Below are positions 59,593-64,000 of a DNA stretch of 64,000 nucleotides, in pieces. Source of the stretch: Candidatus Magasanikiibacteriota bacterium (GTDB lineage Bacteria > Patescibacteriota > Patescibacteriia > Magasanikbacterales > UBA922); contig JACQQA010000012.1 in NCBI GenBank assembly GCA_016207245.1, positions 5,722-69,721 of the forward strand, in the 5' to 3' direction. The first letter of the stretch is position 1, and the number at the start of each line of letters is the position of its first letter. The translations under genes and the position numbers were made by a program. The notes under the pieces are model-generated. The model was not told the DNA's origin, did not search any database, and saw only the letters and a program-made list of their open reading frames with translations.

Positions 59593-60396
59593 ATGTTTTT
59601 AGAAGAGCACCTCAAAAAATTAGGCCTAACAGAAAAAGAGGCTAAAATATATTTAGCCGCTTTGGAGTTGGGCGCGGATACGATTCAAAATATCGCTAAA
59701 AAGGCCGAACTGAAAAGACCGACTGTGTATGTGTTAGTAGATGAATTAATCCGAAAGGGCCTCCTTTCACGCAAGCCGATGCCGAGAGGCGATATTTTTA
59801 TTCCGGAGAATCCGGAAAATCTAAAAAATATTTTAAAAGAAAAGGAGCTGGCTTTAAGCGACGCTCTCCCCTTTTTGCGGGCTATTTATAATGTGGAAAA
59901 AGGCAAACCGCAAGTGCAAGTTTATGAGGGCATAGATAATATGCGCCGCATTTATTTAGATATGATTTGGAAAAGTAAAACCGAGATTTTATTTTTCTCG
60001 TCAATCAAAAAAATCTACGAAGCGATACCGGATCTGCTGGAATCTTGGCTGGCAAATTTCAACGCGCGAAAAGACAAGCCGCTAACCGCCCGAGAATTCA
60101 TCAACCCTGATCCGACTGATATTGAGTACGGTTTGAAAGTCATTAAAACCGGATTCGCGCAAGTGCGAGTAATTCCAAAGGAATTTAAACACTTTTTTGT
60201 GGGAACAGATAATGCTATTTTTGAAGATAAACTGATAGTAGTCTCTTTTGAACAAAAATTATTCACCACTATCATCCAAAGCCGAGCCATTGCCGACACG
60301 ATGCGAGCGTTATATGAACTAGCGTGGGAAAAAGGAACACCGGTTGAAGAATTTGTTAAACAACATCCGAAAATAAAACCGAAAAACTCCCGGTAG
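59593..60396 (+). CDS. TrmB-family transcriptional regulator
   Basis: LGLTEKEAKIYLAALELG...RPTVY; VYEG; consensus promoter upstream. Confidence 0.88.
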   Translation: MFLEEHLKKLGLTEKEAKIYLAALELGADTIQNIAKKAELKRPTVYVLVDELIRKGLLSRKPMPRGDIFIPENPENLKNILKEKELALSDALPFLRAIYNVEKGKPQVQVYEGIDNMRRIYLDMIWKSKTEILFFSSIKKIYEAIPDLLESWLANFNARKDKPLTAREFINPDPTDIEYGLKVIKTGFAQVRVIPKEFKHFFVGTDNAIFEDKLIVVSFEQKLFTTIIQSRAIADTMRALYELAWEKGTPVEEFVKQHPKIKPKNSR

Positions 60397-60447
60397 GGGA
60401 ATTTTACAATAGAACAATTTAACAACCTGTCTGCCGGCGAGGCAGAT

Positions 60448-61110
60448 TCAACAATTCAACACTTTCTCTATCTCTCTCTCAACATCCCCGATCTCCGGTT
60501 CGCCATCAACTCTTTTCAAAACACCCAAATTATTATAATAATCCAAAATCGGTTTAATCGCCTGATTGCCCTGCTCCACAATCCGTTTTTTGATTGTTTC
60601 CGGATTATCATCGGCGCGGACGACTAATTTACCGTTACACTCTGGACAATCCATTTTTAATTCGTTTTCCGGCGAATAAGGCAGGATGAAACCACAAATC
60701 GGACACACCTTGCGTTTGGTCAAACGGTTATAACTTGATTCATCAGATAACACGACTTCAATTACCAATACTTCATTTTCTAATTTCTTGCCAACAAAAT
60801 ATTCCTGATATTTTTTTGCTTGTTCAACATTTCTAATCGCGCCGTCCAAAACAACGCCTTTATCAGTATCAAAATATCTGTCCATTTCCGCGAAAGCAAG
60901 TTTATAAATCAATTCATCAGCGACTAATCTGCCCGCTTTCATTTCCGCCAGCTTTTTTTTATCTTCCGGATCAGCGTTCCGGTCATTATCCAGCGCGCGC
61001 AACAAATCGCCGGTGGAAATATGGCCGTAATTGTATTTTTTAGCGATTTTTTTGGCTTGCGTGCCCTTGCCGCTGCCGGGAACGCCCATCAGGATGATGA
61101 TTTTTTTCAT
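60448..61110 (-). CDS. adk: Adenylate kinase
   Basis: GVPGSGKGTQA, HISTGDLLR, zinc lid CPIC..CPEC, RADD. Confidence 0.93.
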   Translation of the reverse strand: MKKIIILMGVPGSGKGTQAKKIAKKYNYGHISTGDLLRALDNDRNADPEDKKKLAEMKAGRLVADELIYKLAFAEMDRYFDTDKGVVLDGAIRNVEQAKKYQEYFVGKKLENEVLVIEVVLSDESSYNRLTKRKVCPICGFILPYSPENELKMDCPECNGKLVVRADDNPETIKKRIVEQGNQAIKPILDYYNNLGVLKRVDGEPEIGDVEREIEKVLNC

Positions 61111-61111
61111 A

Positions 61112-62383
61112 TCACATCCGATCATACTCATACACTTCCAACTGCGCGTCAATTTGTTTGGCGGTTTCAATCGCGACCGAGACGACGATTAAGAGCGAGG
61201 TGCCGCCGATGGCGAGCGATTGGGTGCCGGTGAATGCCCGAAGTAATAAAGGCAGAATGGCAATAAGAGCGAGAAATAACGCGCCGACAAATATCAATCT
61301 GCTCATGGTGTGCGCTAAATATTTTTCGGTTTCTTTGCCCGGACGAATGCCCGGGATAAAACCGCCTTGGCGCTGTAAATTCTCGGCGATTTTTTGCGGA
61401 TGGAAAATTACCGCGGTGTAAAAATATGTGAAACCGAATACCAAGACAAAATACATGCCCGCGTAAACCGCTTGATTATTGAAAAATCCCACCACTTGGC
61501 GCGCGATTGACGCTGACAAGCCGGTGCCATTGACAAAAAACTGCGCGATCATTGACGGGAACAAAATGATTGAAATCGCGAAAATGATTGGAATCACGCC
61601 GGCCATATTCACGCGCAATGGCAAATGGGTGTTGGCCCCGCCATACACGCGATTGCCGCGAATTTGCTTAGCGTAACTCACCGGCACATTTCTCTGTCCT
61701 TCGCTGATCACCACCACGCCGACAACTGTCGCCACCGCGATTGCCGCGAATAAAACATAAGTATAAAGATCAGCCGGTGTGTAGTTTACCGCCGCTTTCT
61801 GCACCGCTTGCGGCAAGCCCGCCATAATGCCGGCAAAAATCAATAATGAAACGCCGTTGCCGATCTTGCGTTCGGTAATCAGTTCGCCAATCCACATTAA
61901 AAAAACCGTGCCCGCGGTAATCGTTAGCATCATTGCCAATAAATGATACATGTTCAAATCCGGCAAGATCCGATACTGCGACCGGTTTAATAATTGAATC
62001 ATGCCGTAGGCCTGCAATAATGCCAATGGTATCGTCGCCCAACGAGTATACATGTTAATCTTTTGCTGGCCCGCCTCGCCTTCTTTTGATAATTCTTCCA
62101 AACTCGGAACCACCATTGCCAAAAGCTGAAAGATAATGGAAGCGGTGATATACGGCGCCACGCCCAACATGATTACGGAAAAATTTTCCATGGTGCCGCC
62201 GGAAAACACATTCAATAATCCCAAAATCTGATTGCCGGCTAAAAACTTACGCAAATTTTCCGCGTCAATACCCGGCACTGGAATATGAGCCGCCAGCCGG
62301 ACAATAACCAGCATCGCCAAAACAAAAAGAACGCTGTTGCGCAGACTTTTTATTTTCCAAATTTGTCTGAATTTATCCCACAT
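61112..62383 (-). CDS. secY: Preprotein translocase SecY
   Basis: HIPVPG, GVAPYITASII, GNGVSLLIF, IPGIRPG, GGTSLLIVV. Confidence 0.98.
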   Translation of the reverse strand: MWDKFRQIWKIKSLRNSVLFVLAMLVIVRLAAHIPVPGIDAENLRKFLAGNQILGLLNVFSGGTMENFSVIMLGVAPYITASIIFQLLAMVVPSLEELSKEGEAGQQKINMYTRWATIPLALLQAYGMIQLLNRSQYRILPDLNMYHLLAMMLTITAGTVFLMWIGELITERKIGNGVSLLIFAGIMAGLPQAVQKAAVNYTPADLYTYVLFAAIAVATVVGVVVISEGQRNVPVSYAKQIRGNRVYGGANTHLPLRVNMAGVIPIIFAISIILFPSMIAQFFVNGTGLSASIARQVVGFFNNQAVYAGMYFVLVFGFTYFYTAVIFHPQKIAENLQRQGGFIPGIRPGKETEKYLAHTMSRLIFVGALFLALIAILPLLLRAFTGTQSLAIGGTSLLIVVSVAIETAKQIDAQLEVYEYDRM

Positions 62384-62395
62384 AACAATTCACGG

Positions 62396-62500
62396 TGCAA
62401 GACACAAGTAACAAGATACAAACAAATTACAAATTTTAATTTCCAAAATACAAATTTGTAAATTTTGATTTGATTATTATTTGTTTCTTGTTTCTTGATT
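62396..62500. repeat. Inverted heptamer-array element overlapping the rplO 3' end
   Basis: GACACAA GTAACAA GATACAA ... TTGTTTC TTGTTTC TTGATTA. Confidence 0.7.
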
Positions 62501-62944
62501 ATTATCAATCACTTTTCCCCCCGCTTTCTCTATCAATTCTACCGCCTTTTTGCTGGCAAGACAATCTTGCAAAGTAATTGGTTTTTTAATTTCACCGGTG
62601 GCGACAACTTTAACGCCAAATTTGACATTGCCAATCAAACCGCGTGTTTTCAAAAATTTCGGCGTTATAATTTGGTTCTTTTCCGCAATCCGTTCAATGT
62701 CGCTTAAAGTGACGGTGGCTTTTTTTATTTGCAAACTTTTAAATCCGCGCAATTTTGGCACTCTAAGCAAAGCCGCTTTGAAAGCGCGAATACGGCGCCG
62801 GCTCTTGCCGCCGGAACGAGCGGTTTGGCCTTTACCGCCGCGGCCTGAATAAGTTCCCCGGCCGGAGGCATTGCCGCGTCCAACACGTTTGGTATAGCGA
62901 TGTGAACTACGGGCTGGTTTAATTGTTGCGGGTGTTAGCGTCAT
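62477..62944 (-). CDS. rplO: 50S ribosomal protein L15
   Basis: RVGRG..SGRG..GRGGKGQ.AR, PKLRGF, IEKAGG. Confidence 0.96.
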   Translation of the reverse strand: MTLTPATIKPARSSHRYTKRVGRGNASGRGTYSGRGGKGQTARSGGKSRRRIRAFKAALLRVPKLRGFKSLQIKKATVTLSDIERIAEKNQIITPKFLKTRGLIGNVKFGVKVVATGEIKKPITLQDCLASKKAVELIEKAGGKVIDNNQETRNK

Positions 62945-63480
62945 ACAATTGCAGGTTCTTTTTTCTCTACCGGCTTTTCCGCCGGTTTAAACACTTTGGC
63001 CTTCACCTTAAAACAATGCAGGGCGTCAAAAGTTGCTTTTATATTATTCATTTTGTTTCCGGTGCGGCCCAATATTTTTGCTGACGCGTTTGGCACGCCG
63101 GCGATTTCCAACACCACGCGAACTGCGCCGCCAGCGATAATGCCGGAACCGCGCGGAGCGGGTTGGATGAGCACTTTGGCCGCTCCATATTTCGCCATTA
63201 CCGCGTGAGGAACAGTGTCACGGATGATGGGCACGGTAAACAAGGTTTTGTGCGCTTGATTAACCGCCTTATTAACCGCCATTTGCACGTCTTTGCCTTT
63301 ATCAACGCCAAAACCAACGCGTCCGCGATGATCGCCAATCAGGACTGTGGCGCGGAAACTCATTTGCTTGCCGCCTTTCGTAACGCGAGTAACCCGCGCT
63401 AAATCCAAAATTTGCTGATCAAATTCCGGCTTTTCCGCTTTTGGCTTGTTAGATCGATTTTTATCTTTACCTTTTGCCAT
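62941..63480 (-). CDS. rpsE: 30S ribosomal protein S5
   Basis: RVTRVTKGG, PAPRGSGIIAGG. Confidence 0.97.
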   Translation of the reverse strand: MAKGKDKNRSNKPKAEKPEFDQQILDLARVTRVTKGGKQMSFRATVLIGDHRGRVGFGVDKGKDVQMAVNKAVNQAHKTLFTVPIIRDTVPHAVMAKYGAAKVLIQPAPRGSGIIAGGAVRVVLEIAGVPNASAKILGRTGNKMNNIKATFDALHCFKVKAKVFKPAEKPVEKKEPAIV

Positions 63481-63494
63481 AGATTTAATAATTA

Positions 63495-63866
63495 TTAAAA
63501 TTCCAACCCGCCATCGCGCACACCGTCAGCCACTGCCGCCACTCGTCCGTGATATTTATAACCGCCGCGATCAAAAACCGCTTTGCTGACACCTGATTTC
63601 TTTGCCTTTTCCGCGATCATTTTACCGGCTAAAAAAGCTAGTGCGACTTTGCCTTTTCTATCTTTGATATCCGACTTTTTAATATCGATCTCTTTGCCAT
63701 GAACAGAAACCAGAGTCTTGCCGGCTGAATCGTCAATCAGCTGGACATATAAGCCGCGTAAACTGCGAAACACGTTCAGCCTCGGCTTTTCCGCGGTGCC
63801 AAAAACTTTCGCGCGCACGCGTTTTTGCCTTTTTGCTCTATTTTTATTTCTGATAGAATTTTTCAT
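63495..63866 (-). CDS. rplR: 50S ribosomal protein L18
   Basis: PRLNVFRS, VFDRGGYKYHGRV. Confidence 0.97.
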   Translation of the reverse strand: MKNSIRNKNRAKRQKRVRAKVFGTAEKPRLNVFRSLRGLYVQLIDDSAGKTLVSVHGKEIDIKKSDIKDRKGKVALAFLAGKMIAEKAKKSGVSKAVFDRGGYKYHGRVAAVADGVRDGGLEF

Positions 63867-63888
63867 AAAACTTTTCTCAACTTTCTAC

Positions 63889-64000
63889 TTACGCCGCGGC
63901 TTTAGCCGCGGCTTTGCCGGCTTTATGGCGGACAACCTCGCCGACATATCTTATTCCCTTGCCTTTATACGGCTCCGGACATTTGGTATCGCGAATTTCC
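63889..64000 (-). CDS. rplF: 50S ribosomal protein L6 (C-terminal part)
   Basis: [11 protein letters not shown]. Confidence 0.95.
   Translation of the reverse strand, partial: EIRDTKCPEPYKGKGIRYVGEVVRHKAGKAAAKAAA

Noticed and set aside
1-64000. Alternative genetic code (UGA=Gly)
   Set aside because: Conserved genes such as adk, asnS, secY and pheT end at TGA at their expected lengths.

Overview
64-kb chromosomal segment of a Patescibacteria (CPR) bacterium, probably Parcubacteria/Magasanikbacteria-like. Evidence for this: rpsE abuts rplO with no rpmD, the AspRS is the short archaeal-type enzyme, and CPR-style pilin and surface proteins are present. The backbone is housekeeping: tsaD, dnaE, mtnP, apt, pheST, rseP, lemA-htpX, PMM/PGM, clpC, radA, ndk, rel, parAB, scpAB, aspS, asnS, recO, map, adk, secY, rplO-rpsE-rplR-rplF, and tRNA-Glu, -Leu and -Asn. 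The most striking non-obvious signals are: (1) a promoter, a leaderless 18-aa ORF with six consecutive Asn codons and mutually exclusive antiterminator/terminator hairpins directly in front of tRNA-Asn, i.e. an apparent ribosome-mediated attenuator controlling a tRNA gene; (2) several REP-like palindrome families and inverted 7/8/9-mer arrays, three of which flank or sit inside a small candidate mobiliser gene (GIY-YIG nuclease, RAYT, four-helix-bundle protein), with empty copies inserted in-frame in tsaD, pheT, radA, asnS, rsmF, map and recO; (3) GC-rich orphan or surface-gene cassettes preceded by boxA-like motifs and structured leaders; (4) an island between adk and map with a duplicated map 5' end and a RaSEA-like radical SAM gene. 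Calls were made by eye without database searches, and several starts were adjusted from the ORF track.
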